Shown piece by piece: positions 11,147 through 20,632 of a DNA stretch of 30,606 nucleotides. The DNA comes from Octopus sinensis (lineage: Eukaryota), in the NCBI RefSeq assembly GCF_006345805.1, contig NW_021832696.1, positions 1-30,606 on the forward strand. The letters run 5' to 3'. Position numbers and translations under genes: made by a program. Every line of letters begins with the position of its first letter. Positions within the stretch are counted from its first letter, which is position 1. A model generated the notes under the pieces. That model ran no database searches and was not told the DNA's origin. It saw only the letters and a list, made by a program, of their open reading frames with translations.

Positions 11147-11687
11147 ATAATCTTTTCTATTATAGGCAAAAGGCCTGAAATTTGGGGGAGGGGTAAGTCG
11201 ATTGCATCTACTCCAGTACTCAAGTGTCAATTTAGCAAACCCCGAAAGTACGAAAGGTAAAGTCGACCTCGGCGGAATTCGAACTCAAAACGTAGCGACG
11301 GTTGAAATACCTATTGCTTTACTAGCCACAAGGGGCTAAACACAGAGAGGACAAACAAGGGCAGACAAACGGATTAAGTCGATTATATCGACCCCAGTGC
11401 GTAGCTGGTACTTATTTAATCGACCCCGAAAGGATGAAAGACGAAGTCGACCTCGGCGGAATTTGAACTCAGAATGTAGCGGCAGACGAAATACCTATTT
11501 CTTAACTAACCACAAGGGGCTAAACACAGAGAGGACAAACAAGGACAGACAAATGGATTAAGTCGATTATATCGATCCCAGTGCGTAACTGGTACTTAAT
11601 TTATCGACCCCGAAGGGATGAAAAGCAGACGAAATACCGCTAAGCATTTCGTCCAGCGTGCTAACGTTTCTGCCAGCTCACCGCCTT
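11147..11687 (-). mobile_element. SINE-A trimer (two A-tail units plus a terminal B-tail unit)
   Basis: Head AAGGCGGTGAGCTGGCAGAAACGTTAGC at 11687. Junctions at 11493/4 and 11309/10. The last unit ends CCCCTCCCCCAAATTTCAGGCCTTTTGCCTATAATAGAAAAG. The head-most unit lacks its B-box through an internal deletion. Confidence 0.9.
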
Positions 11688-11691
11688 AACA

Positions 11692-12186
11692 ACCCTTGTT
11701 GTGACTCCCTTCGGTCATGAATGGCCATCGGATTGCACCTAGAAAGTTACTCTCCGAGGCACAAATCCGGGCAAGGTTGTTTACGGAAGTCCAGCAGTCG
11801 CCAGGCATACCAGCCTCCCCTCTCCACGCCACCAATGTTATCCAAGGGAAAGGCAACCGCCGGTACAGCTTGGCACTAGTGACGTCGCAACTCATTTTTA
11901 TTAACCTGCTGGTGCTGAACCCTTAACGTAGTTCTCGGTGAGATTCAGCGTGACACAGAGTGTGACAATGTTGGCCCTTTGAAATACAGATACAACAGAA
12001 ACAGGAAGAAAGCGAGAGAAAGTTGTGGTGAAAGAGTAAAGCTGGGCTCACCCCTCTCTCCCTGCCGGTGTCTCGTGGAGCTTTAGGTGTTTTCGCGCAA
12101 TGAACACTCACAATGCCCAGTCTGGGAATCGAAACTGCGAACCGGCGACCGCTAGTCCGCTGCCCTAACCACTGGACCATTGCGCC
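11692..12186 (-). mobile_element. SINE-C, about 500-bp tRNA-derived SINE
   Basis: Minus strand starts GGCGCAATGGTCCAGTGGTTAGGGCAGCGGACTAGCGGTCGCCGGTTCGCAGTTTCGATTCCC (A- and B-box-like), followed by a non-tRNA body. Only one copy in the window. Confidence 0.75.
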
Positions 12187-12250
12187 GAACAACCACGATA
12201 ATAATAATAATAATGATGATGATGATGATGATGACGACGACAAGGGACTC

Positions 12251-12544
12251 TCCCATCGAAGATTGCATATGAGCGTTCAGTTTTTGCCGAACGACCTGCA
12301 CAAATGATTTGTTTATAGTGATGAAAGGTATGTGCTGCCCATTAGTTCACTCTCTCCATCGAATCGACGTTGACTGAACAGGTGTACTGTGAACCATGCG
12401 TGTCAGGTGTCGAAGTGATCGCAGAGCAGCGTAAAGTCAAGTGTTTTGCTCAAAAACACAGAGCGCACCCCCCGTCTAGGAATTGAAACCACGATCACAA
12501 GATCGTGTGTGCAACACCCTAACCATTAAGCCATGCGACCCCGC
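12251..12544 (-). mobile_element. SINE-D, tRNA-derived SINE
   Basis: Minus strand starts GCGGGTCGCATGGCTTAATGGTTAGGGTGTTGCAC...GGTTTCAATTCC, then TGTGTTTTTGAGCAAAACACTT (CORE/V-like motif). Flanked by (TAA)n and (GAT)n. Confidence 0.7.

Positions 12545-12616
<72 letters not shown>
12545..12616. repeat. (TAA)n microsatellite
   Basis: Pure run. Confidence 0.97.
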
Positions 12617-12618
<2 letters not shown>

Positions 12619-12832
12619 GTTTCAAATTTTGGCAGAAGGGCAGCATATTCGTGGGGAAGGTTTAAGGCGATTACATCGACCCCAGTGCTCGACTGCTACT
12701 AATTTTATCGACTTCGAAAGGATGAAGGGCAAAGTCGACCACTGCAGAATTTGAACTCACAACGTAATGACAGACGAAATACCGCAAAGCATTTTGCCCG
12801 CCGTGATAACGATTCTGCCAGTACGCTGCCTT
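12617..12832 (-). mobile_element. SINE-A monomer (C-type tail ending AAAATTTGAAACC)
   Basis: Same head and body as other SINE-A copies. The tail matches those at 13241, 22633 and 28213. Confidence 0.88.
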
Positions 12833-12855
12833 AACCTAATAACAACAATATTAAT

Positions 12856-13238
12856 AACAAGAACACTCAGAGAGTGCAAACCTTTGCCAAGTCAACACTG
12901 ACATCCTCTCAACTATTAGCTGGAGTTGATTTTAAAGCGCGACTATCTGAAATAAATTCGGCTGCTCTTACCACGAAAATGCTAATAATGAACCCGACAG
13001 ATCTCAAAAGTTAAGTAAAAAAAAAAAAAATAAACAGAAAAAATAATCTAGAATCCTTGTCCGGTACCGGAGCTCAAAATCTAATCAGGTCGTGCCAGTC
13101 ACGAGGCCAAGCAACCTTGAAAGTTTCATCCTAATCCATCCTGTGGTTCTTGAGATATCTTGTCCACAGACAAACAAACAAAGAAACAAACAAACACAAC
13201 TGATAACAATACCTCCACCTTCGTTAAGGCGGGGGTAA
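12856..13238 (+). mobile_element. Non-autonomous HINE/Helentron-like DNA element
   Basis: Starts AACAAGAACACTCAGAGAGTGCAAACC, has a (CAAA)n core about 13170-13196 and a subterminal stem-loop ACCTCCACCTT-CGTT-AAGGCGGGGGT (13211-13236). The architecture is recalled from fish and mollusc HINE/DINE-like elements. Confidence 0.55.
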
Positions 13239-13240
13239 TA

Positions 13241-13442
13241 ATGGTTTCAATAAGGGCAGCAATTTTCGGGAAGTGGTAAGTCGATTTCCTCGGCCCTAAT
13301 GTTTCATGGTACTTAATTTATCAACCCCGAAGAATGAAACGCAAAGTCGACCTCAGCAGAATTTGAGCTCGCAACGTACCGACTGGTGAAATACTGCTTA
13401 GCATTTAGTCCAGCGCGCTAACGATTCTGTCGGCTCGCCACC

Positions 13443-13444
<2 letters not shown>
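13241..13444 (-). mobile_element. SINE-A monomer
   Basis: Head AAGGTGGCGAGCCGACAGAATCGTTAGC, B-box-like sequence and SINE-A body. Abuts (TAA)n. Confidence 0.88.
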
Positions 13445-13506
<62 letters not shown>

Positions 13507-13848
13507 CGATGATGATGATGATGATAAGAAGAAGAAGAAGGAGGAGGATGAGAAGAAGAAGAAGAAGAAGAAGAAAAGAAGAAGAAGAAGAAGAAGAAGA
13601 AGAAGAAGAAGAAAAGAAGAAGAAGATCCATAAGTCTACTGATGTCGATGATTATTTCGGTGGTGGTGCTGCTGCTGCTGCTACTGGTGCTGGTGTTGGG
13701 GTGTCGGTGATGGCGCTGGTGCTGACTACGGAGACGGCGGCAGCGGCGGCAGCGGCGGCCGCGGCGGAAGCGGCGGCAGCGGCGGCAGCGGCGGTGATAG
13801 TGGGGGTGGCACAAAAAGTAAATAACAAAACAAAAACAACAACATCAT

Positions 13849-13901
<53 letters not shown>

Positions 13902-13935
13902 ACGATAACGACGACGACGACGACAACAACAGGAA
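13445..13935. repeat. Compound triplet block (TAA)(GAT)(GAA), then GCT/GCG/GCA, then (CAA)n
   Basis: Direct inspection. ORFs 13443-13940 are low-complexity read-throughs. Confidence 0.9.
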
Positions 13936-13990
13936 ACTAAATTAATGTTTTGTGTCGGAAGCGGGGGTGGGAAAAAAATAATAGTGAAAA

Positions 13991-14021
<31 letters not shown>

Positions 14022-14398
14022 AATTATGGAGACTGCGATTATTTTTAGATGAACAGAAAATCAAAAATGAGAAACCGTAAATAAATAAAATGTAATGATG
14101 AAATAACAGTGAGAGAAAAACATCAATAATTACTTCTTATTGATCTTTGACATAGGTACAAGAATCTGATTTGTTGAAGGAGCGTGGGAGGTGAAGAGAT
14201 AGTGCTAGGAAATATATATTTTCAGCCCTTCCATATTTGGTTGCGTTTCAGGGGACAGCGATTATCAGATAATCGGTGTCATGTTTTTTTTTTGTTTTTT
14301 GATTTTTTTTTTTTTTTTTTGCTTTTCTGCTGATTTTTTTTTTTTTTTTTTTTTGTTTTTTTCATCTAACTTTCTCTTATTTCTTTTTAAACCTTAAC

Positions 14399-14670
14399 CT
14401 TGTTTCAGTCATTAGACTGCGGCCATTTTGTAGAAGGATTTTGGTAGAACGGATCAACACCAGTACATATAATTTTTTTTCTTTGTATATTTTTGGTCGT
14501 TTTTCATTTTTCATTTTTTCATTTTTTATGTTTTTTTTTCGTCTGGTATTTATGTCGATTCACCGACCCCACCGCTTGTCAAGCGGTGGAGGAGGACAAT
14601 CACAAACGGAAAGACACGTATACACACACAGACATGCACACACATTGAGACAAACACACAGACAAACAAA
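14399..14670 (-). mobile_element. Degenerate SINE-B-related 3' half
   Basis: TGTTTCAGTCATTAGACTGCGGCCAT and CTTGTCAAGCGGTGG match the SINE-B 3' region (16561-16584, 16706-16718). Interrupted by a T-rich stretch. Confidence 0.65.
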
Positions 14671-14671
14671 C

Positions 14672-14673
14672 AA

Positions 14674-14744
<71 letters not shown>

Positions 14745-14825
14745 TATAGACAGATAGATAGGTATAGATAGACAGATAGATATAGATAGATAGACAGATA
14801 GATAGATATAGATAGACAGATAGAC

Positions 14826-14886
<61 letters not shown>
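14672..14886. repeat. (GATA)n microsatellite
   Basis: Direct run. Confidence 0.97.
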
Positions 14887-15088
14887 TTAGTCATAAGGAT
14901 TTAATAGAATCTAGGCACATCGAAATGCAGGACGCCAGAAATGGCTAGGTACGATAACATAGATTTCACGGTAAGGTAAACAACAATGAAAATATTTATT
15001 GGTAGTAAGTTACTTTCAACATATATAAGTGTCAAAACTAATTTCAACCGTAGATTCGACTTTTAGTTGGTTCTGGGTGTGGTATGGG

Positions 15089-15224
15089 TATAAAAAGAAA
15101 ACACAAATGGCGTTTAAACTCTCCGACGACTGTTTTCGGTAGACGTTTACTCATTCTTTGAATACATCAATAAAATTTTACCGAAACAGATGTGAATTTT
15201 AAACGCCATTCGTGTTCCTTTATA
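15089..15224. mobile_element. About 135-bp MITE with terminal inverted repeats
   Basis: Left end TATAAAAAGAAAACACAAATGGCGTTTAAA; reverse complement of right end TATAAAGGAACACGAATGGCGTTTAAA. Inner pair CTGTTTTCGGTA / TACCGAAACAG. TA at both ends. Confidence 0.75.
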
Positions 15225-15237
15225 TACATATACATAC

Positions 15238-15308
<71 letters not shown>

Positions 15309-15336
15309 ATATATTATATATATATATATACATATA

Positions 15337-15710
15337 CTAGCTTTAGGTGGCCCGCTCTAACGCGTGGGTAAGAGTGTCATCCCTCGCTTTCTCTTACTCT
15401 CTCATCTTTCTCTATCAATCTCTCTCCCATTTATAAACCACAAAAGATCTTGAGTAAGTTGAGAAAGAAAATATTCTTACGCTTTTTAAACCCTTCGTCG
15501 TTATTCTCATTCACTCATTATTACTTTCTCCCTTCCTTTCACTTTCTCTCTATAACGTTGTTTGATAGCGTCTACTATCTTTCTTCCGCCGCATTCGCCA
15601 GAGCTGTCACTCTCTTTCTCTCTACGTCTGTCTGCATTCATAGAGAGAATTATCATCGCCACCACGACCACCACCACACAATCATGAAAATCTTTCTCTA
15701 TATATATAGA
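15337..15710 (-). mobile_element. Complete non-autonomous Helitron (374 bp)
   Basis: Minus strand: host A (15711) | TCTATATATATAGAG ... GC-rich hairpin CCCACGCGTTAGAGCGGG (15368-15351), 10 nt spacer, CTAG (15340-15337) | host T (15336). No TSD. These are the canonical Helitron termini and the A|T target. Confidence 0.8.
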
Positions 15711-15720
15711 TAGAGAGAGA

Positions 15721-15860
15721 GGCGGAGAGAGAAAGTAATAATGAGTGAATGAGAATAACGACGAAGGATTTAAACAGCGTAAAAATATTAAAGGCGGCGG
15801 AGGAAAGGTAGTAGACGCAATCAAACGACGTTATAGAGAGAAAGTGAAAGGAAGGGAGGA
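15721..15860 (+). repeat. Inverted, order-permuted copy of the Helitron internal segments
   Basis: 15729-15789 is the reverse complement of 15470-15530 (3 mismatches in 61). 15794-15857 is the reverse complement of 15529-15592 (4 mismatches in 64). Confidence 0.85.
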
Positions 15861-15919
15861 AAGAGAGAGAGAGAGATGGAGGAAGACAGACAGATAATAG
15901 AATGAGAGGAGACTTGTCA

Positions 15920-15998
15920 AACTCAGAACGTAACGGCAGACGAAATACCGCTAAGCATTTCGCCCGGCGTGTTAACGATTCTGCCAGCTCGCCGCCTT
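15920..15998 (-). mobile_element. SINE-A head-only fragment
   Basis: AAGGCGGCGAGCTGGCAGAATCGTTAAC...CGTTCTGAGTT, truncated inside the B-box. Confidence 0.85.
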
Positions 15999-16437
15999 CA
16001 TTACATTACATAATAATGAAAGACAAAGTTGGTGATTGCAGGAACAAGGTTACGTCACTCTGTTACGTTTGTTTATAGAATATCGTTGGATCTGTTTACT
16101 TATATATTATTGTCTCTGTTATTTCATTTACAATACGCTTTAAGCTCAATTCATCTTCTCATAACAGATTTCACTTTCACCATTATTAGTGGTTGAAAAT
16201 CAATCAATGCAACATCCGTATAGATGTCTGACAGTCAAGCAGTCTTTGAGTTTGATTTATTTTCGATTCGGTTAATGATTTAGCCGATTAACATTTACAT
16301 TTAATTTTTGATTCGTTCGATCAGGACAGTAGAAAATGTATTAAAGAAATGGTGTAAGGATCCCGTAGCTGGCGAGTTTATGAAATTAAAAGAAAAGAAA
16401 AACGACTTTTCACTCGATGTAACATAGACCTTTGTCG

Positions 16438-16468
<31 letters not shown>

Positions 16469-16537
16469 GTTGTTTGAAATCCATGCATCGGAAGAAACAG
16501 ACACTCTTATATATGGTAATAGAATGGAAATATTATT

Positions 16538-16923
16538 CTTACTCTCTCTTTGCTCTTTTGTTTCAGTCATTTGACTGTGGCCATGCTGGAGCACTGCTTT
16601 TAGTCGAGCAAATCCACCCCAGGACTTATTCTTTGTAGTACTTATTCTATCGGTCTCTTTTGCCGAACCGCTAAGTTACGGGGACGTAAACACACCATCA
16701 TCGATTGTCAAGCGATGTTGGGGGAACAAACACAGACACACAAACACTCACACACATATATACGACGGGCTTCTTTCAGTTTCCATCTACCAAATCAACT
16801 CACAAGGCTTTGGTCAGCGCAAGACTATAGTAGAAGACACTTGCTCAAGGTGCCACGCAGTGGGACTGAACCCGGAACCATGTGGTTGGTTAGCAAGCTA
16901 CTTACCACACAGCCACTCCTGCG
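16538..16923 (-). mobile_element. SINE-B, near full length
   Basis: Colinear with 7912-8291 and with the reverse complement of 28226-28658. Confidence 0.9.
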
Positions 16924-17239
16924 GCTATATATTATTAGCAATAGAAATATATTTGTGGTCTCATACCAGAAGTCGAGAAAACTCACAATAATCAGAAATA
17001 ACTCAAAAGAATATTATACCATGAGCTTTTTGCCACAGAACGCTTTAAAGTGCCATAATCAAGTCGGTCCTACGCTCGTAGTAAAACACCGGAACAAAAT
17101 CTATTTAATAAATCTCCGAGGTCAAACGCTTGATTTCCAAAACATGTGCGTTCGCGTACATATAAATATGTGTGTTTGATTGTATATCTCAGATTTGGAT
17201 GTTGCAAATCTTATATTAATTCCTCAGATTACAGTAAGG

Positions 17240-18020
17240 GACATTTTTCGTTCATATTTTACTCTTAGGAAGTTAGGTGCTAAGGTGACTTTTAGTTTTG
17301 AGTAGTGCCTGGTTGCAGAAGTTATTATTATTTTCTCTTAGTCATGCAGAACCTGTGCTTCAGTCTGCTGTTAAAATAAGATTCTTACATGTATCCACCA
17401 CTTGATATCATAATGCGCAGTCTTTTCCTCCAATGTCCTTATATCCTTCACTAAAGTTGCATCATTTCACCTCTCTTGGATACTAAATGAGGTCTTGTGG
17501 TTAGTGAATTTGGCATAGAAGGTACCTTCCGTTGCACCCACACATTTCTGTACATCTGTTGCTAATCTGAGATTGTTTCATATTACATCTTCTTCACACA
17601 CAGTGGTTTCTGTATTGCACTGGCTATTTAGAGGGTACGTGGGATTATTTCTGCATTGGCAGTCTGTCTGTTACTAATATTTTATAATACTAGGTGCACA
17701 TCTAAAAGACATCTTCAAGTTAGAACTATTAAAAATTTCTTGTAAGTATGTATTTAGAGAAATGTTTATCGACTAAAGAAAGGAAGGTTTTGGCTACACA
17801 AGCATTTATGCTAAGAGGAACTGAGCGCATAATACATGTAAGTTTACGAAAAGTTTGTTAGCAGGTTTTGGATCATAAGACTAAATTGATCATTAAAAAT
17901 ACTTGCTCCTGGGACTATGTTATAAATGTGTTCGCAGAGTTGAATTTTTTTATTGAAAAATAGGTTGAAGATCCTTCTGCTAACCGTCTTAAAATGGCTA
18001 CATAAAAATTATGGTTAGAT
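17240..18020 (-). pseudogene. Penelope-like element remnant (Neptune-type): RT thumb, Cys linker and GIY-YIG endonuclease
   Basis: Broken minus frames give SNHNFYVAILRRL; VAKTFLSLVDKHFSK / LQEIFNSSNLKMSFRCAPSI; DCQCRNNPTYPLNSQCNTETTV; QKCVGATEGTFYAKFTNHKTSF..*NDATLVKDIRTLEEKTAHYDIKWWI; CMT-EKIII. These match PLE motifs (KxFLxLVDKHF, IFNxxxLKxSYSC, CxCR..CPL.GxC, YIGxTExxFKxRxxNHKxSF). Many stops and frameshifts. Confidence 0.85.
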
Positions 18021-18279
18021 GGCAGCAAGCTCTAACTTCTGCCGATCAAAATATATACTTACATATACAAAAAAAAAAAAGAGAAAAACTCCATAAACTT
18101 ATTCACCTGTCTCCATGTATGTTTCTGGGTGTTTCTCGATGCATGTTCATATGCAGATAAGCTTGGTCATGCGTTAATGTTTAATTAATACACACATAAG
18201 AACGAATCAAGAATCAGAAATTAAGGAAGAAATACATTTATTCATACCTACGCACATGTACATTGATGTGAATACATTT

Positions 18280-18373
18280 TTTATATGTAGCTATGTACGC
18301 CAATACGCTCTTATACACATATACGCATATATATGTGTGTGTGTATGTATATATATACGTATATATATATGTG

Positions 18374-18433
<60 letters not shown>

Positions 18434-18600
18434 TGTAGGTGTACATATATATGCATATAAATGTGTGTAGGATTATATGCTTCATACACGTATGAATACA
18501 TGTGTGTGTGTGTGTGTGTGTGTGTTTGCCTATATGATGTTAAAAATACTACATTAATATATAATATATATATATATAAACAACTGTACAACATAATATT
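18280..18600. repeat. (TA)n/(TG)n microsatellites
   Basis: Direct runs. Confidence 0.9.
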
Positions 18601-18889
18601 CTATTCACAATTCTGTACTGCTGCTGCTGCTACTAATTATAGTTGTTAGGTTAACGATGATGATGATGATGATGATGATGATGACGACGACGATGACGAT
18701 GAGGAGGAGGAAGTTGGTGCTGACAGATTTCAATATGTAAAACAACTAAATATTCTCTCTGACTGTATTTGCCGAATGGCATTCTCTAGCATGTTGTTGA
18801 CAGCAGCAATATTTGTTATCTTTTCACTTCACCGCTATTTGTCTCTGAGTAAGGATTAATTAGAAACTTGGTTTTATTATAGCGTATCG

Positions 18890-20172
18890 ATGACGGTGCG
18901 GGGTGTGATAATAATGATGGTGGCGCTGTGTTTTTGTAGTGGCAGTGGTGGTGATTGTAGCGTAGATGGTGGTTGTGTTGGTGGTTCTGGTGATTCTGGT
19001 GGTGGTGCTGGTGGGGCTGGGGGTGGTGCTGATATTGGTACTTATGGTGGTAGTGGTGCTCCTGATGGTGGTTGGGGTGGTGATTGTGGTAGTAGTTTTG
19101 GTAGTGGTGAATGCAGTAGTAGTAATAGTAGTAGCAGTAAAAGTGAGGTGAGGTAGTGGTGGTGATTACAGCAATTTATATGACGATGATGGTTATGTTG
19201 GTGATGGTGGTGATGGTTGTAGTGGTTGTGCTAGTGATGATGATGATGGTGGTGGGGGTGGGGGTGATGGTGATAGGTTATGATGGTGGTGGTGATGTTA
19301 TGATGGTGGTTATGATAGTGTTTATTGTAGTAGTATAGTTGTGGAAATGGAGATGTAATAGTTTGTATTTATAGTGGTATGTACAGCGATGATGGCTGCA
19401 TTAGTGGTGGTTGCAGTTCTGGTGATAGTGATTGTAGCGATGTGTTGGTAATAGTTGCGTTGGTAATGGTGGTGATGGTTGTTGCAGTATCAGTAGTGAT
19501 GGTGGTGCTGGGGAATAGTTGTGATAGTGGTCGTGGTAGTGGTAGTGGTGATTGTAATAGTAATAGATAGAAGAATGGGGTAGTGGTAGTGTCAGTTATT
19601 ATAGCGTTTATATGGCGATGATGGTTGTGTGGGTAATGGTCGTAGTGATGGTTATAGTGATAGTGGTGATGGTGATGGTGGTGATTGTAGTGATGAAGGC
19701 CGTGTTGGTGATGGTGGTGGTGTTGTTTTTTCTGGTAGTTGTTGTGATTGCGGTTATGTTGCTAAAATTTGTAGTCGAGATAAAATGTATAGTGGTTATA
19801 GCAGTGTGTTGTTGTTGTTGTTGTTATTGTTGTTGGTGGTGGTAGTATATGTGGCGGGGGTAATGGTGGTAGTAGTGATGGTGGTGGTGATAGTGGTGGT
19901 GAAAGTGGTGGATAAAGTTGTGGTGAAAGTGGTGGTGGTGGTGGCGGCGAGGATGTTGGTATTGATGAAAGTGGGGGGCAGCGATAGTAGTAGTATTGGT
20001 GGTACTATTCTTGATGGTTGTGGTGGTTGTGGTGGTGGTGGTGGTGGTGATGGGGATGCAGGTACTGGCGGCGGCGACGATAATGATGCTATTGATGGTG
20101 ATGGCATTGATGGTATCGATAGTTTTGGCTTTGATAGTATCGGTGGGGGTGGTCATTTTGGTGTCAGTGGTT

Positions 20173-20208
<36 letters not shown>

Positions 20209-20385
20209 GTGCAGCTGATGATGATCATGATCATAATGGAGATGATGATAATGATCATAATGATCATGATGAAGATGATGATGATAATGATGATGATGAC
20301 TATGACGATGATGACGATGACGATGATGATTATGATGATGATGATGATGAAGATGATGCTGATGATGCTGATGATGATGATATGC
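18890..20385. repeat. 1.5-kb G/T-rich decayed triplet block (GGT/GAT/GTT)
   Basis: Cryptically simple sequence. Overlapping V/M-rich, G/D-rich and T/I/H-rich ORFs on both strands show no frame preference. Confidence 0.9.
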
Positions 20386-20439
20386 AAGTGACGACGTGTG
20401 CGTGTTTGTGTGAGCGCGTGTGCGTTCGTGCGCGCGAAA

Positions 20440-20580
20440 TGTTTATGTCTGTCCCACACCACCGCTTGACAGCCGGTGTTGTTGTGTTTACGTTCCCATA
20501 ATCTAGCGATTCAGCAAAAGAGCTAGATAGAATAAAAACCAAGCTTAAATTCCTCAAGGCCGTGCCCCAGCATGACCAAA
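20440..20580 (+). mobile_element. Degenerate SINE-B 3' half
   Basis: CCGCTTGACAGCCGGTGTTGTTGTGTTTACGTTCCC...CAGCATGACC aligns to 28474-28618. Confidence 0.7.
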
Positions 20581-20583
20581 GGG

Positions 20584-20632
20584 TAAGGACTAAAGAAAGG
20601 CTAAGGACTGAAGAAAGGCTAAGGACTGAAGA
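20584..20632. repeat. 18-bp minisatellite TAAGGACT(A/G)AAGAAAGGC, about 2.7 copies
   Basis: Units at 20584, 20602 and 20620. Confidence 0.9.

Noticed and set aside
12113-12186. tRNA gene (also the tRNA-like heads at 12475-12544, 28226-28295 and SINE-A heads)
   Set aside because: Acceptor and anticodon stems do not close properly, and each head continues into a SINE body. These are SINE heads, not tRNA genes.
14672-14900. (GATA)n tracts at 14672 and 20633 as tails of further Tx1 copies
   Set aside because: Their right flanks do not convincingly match the Tx1 3' end (TTTATTAGCCACACAGGG).
14908-14970. Possible exon NLGTSKCRTPEMARYDNIDFT with a GTAAGG donor
   Set aside because: No polypyrimidine tract (it follows (GATA)n directly) and no recognisable homology.
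16715-17179. 154-aa ORF, and the similar ORFs at 8057-8296 and 28266-28657
   Set aside because: Read-through of SINE-B. The same pseudo-peptide recurs at each copy.
19629-20501. 290-aa Gly/Asp-rich ORF
   Set aside because: A decayed GGT/GAT microsatellite that runs into a SINE-B remnant; alternative frames are equally open.
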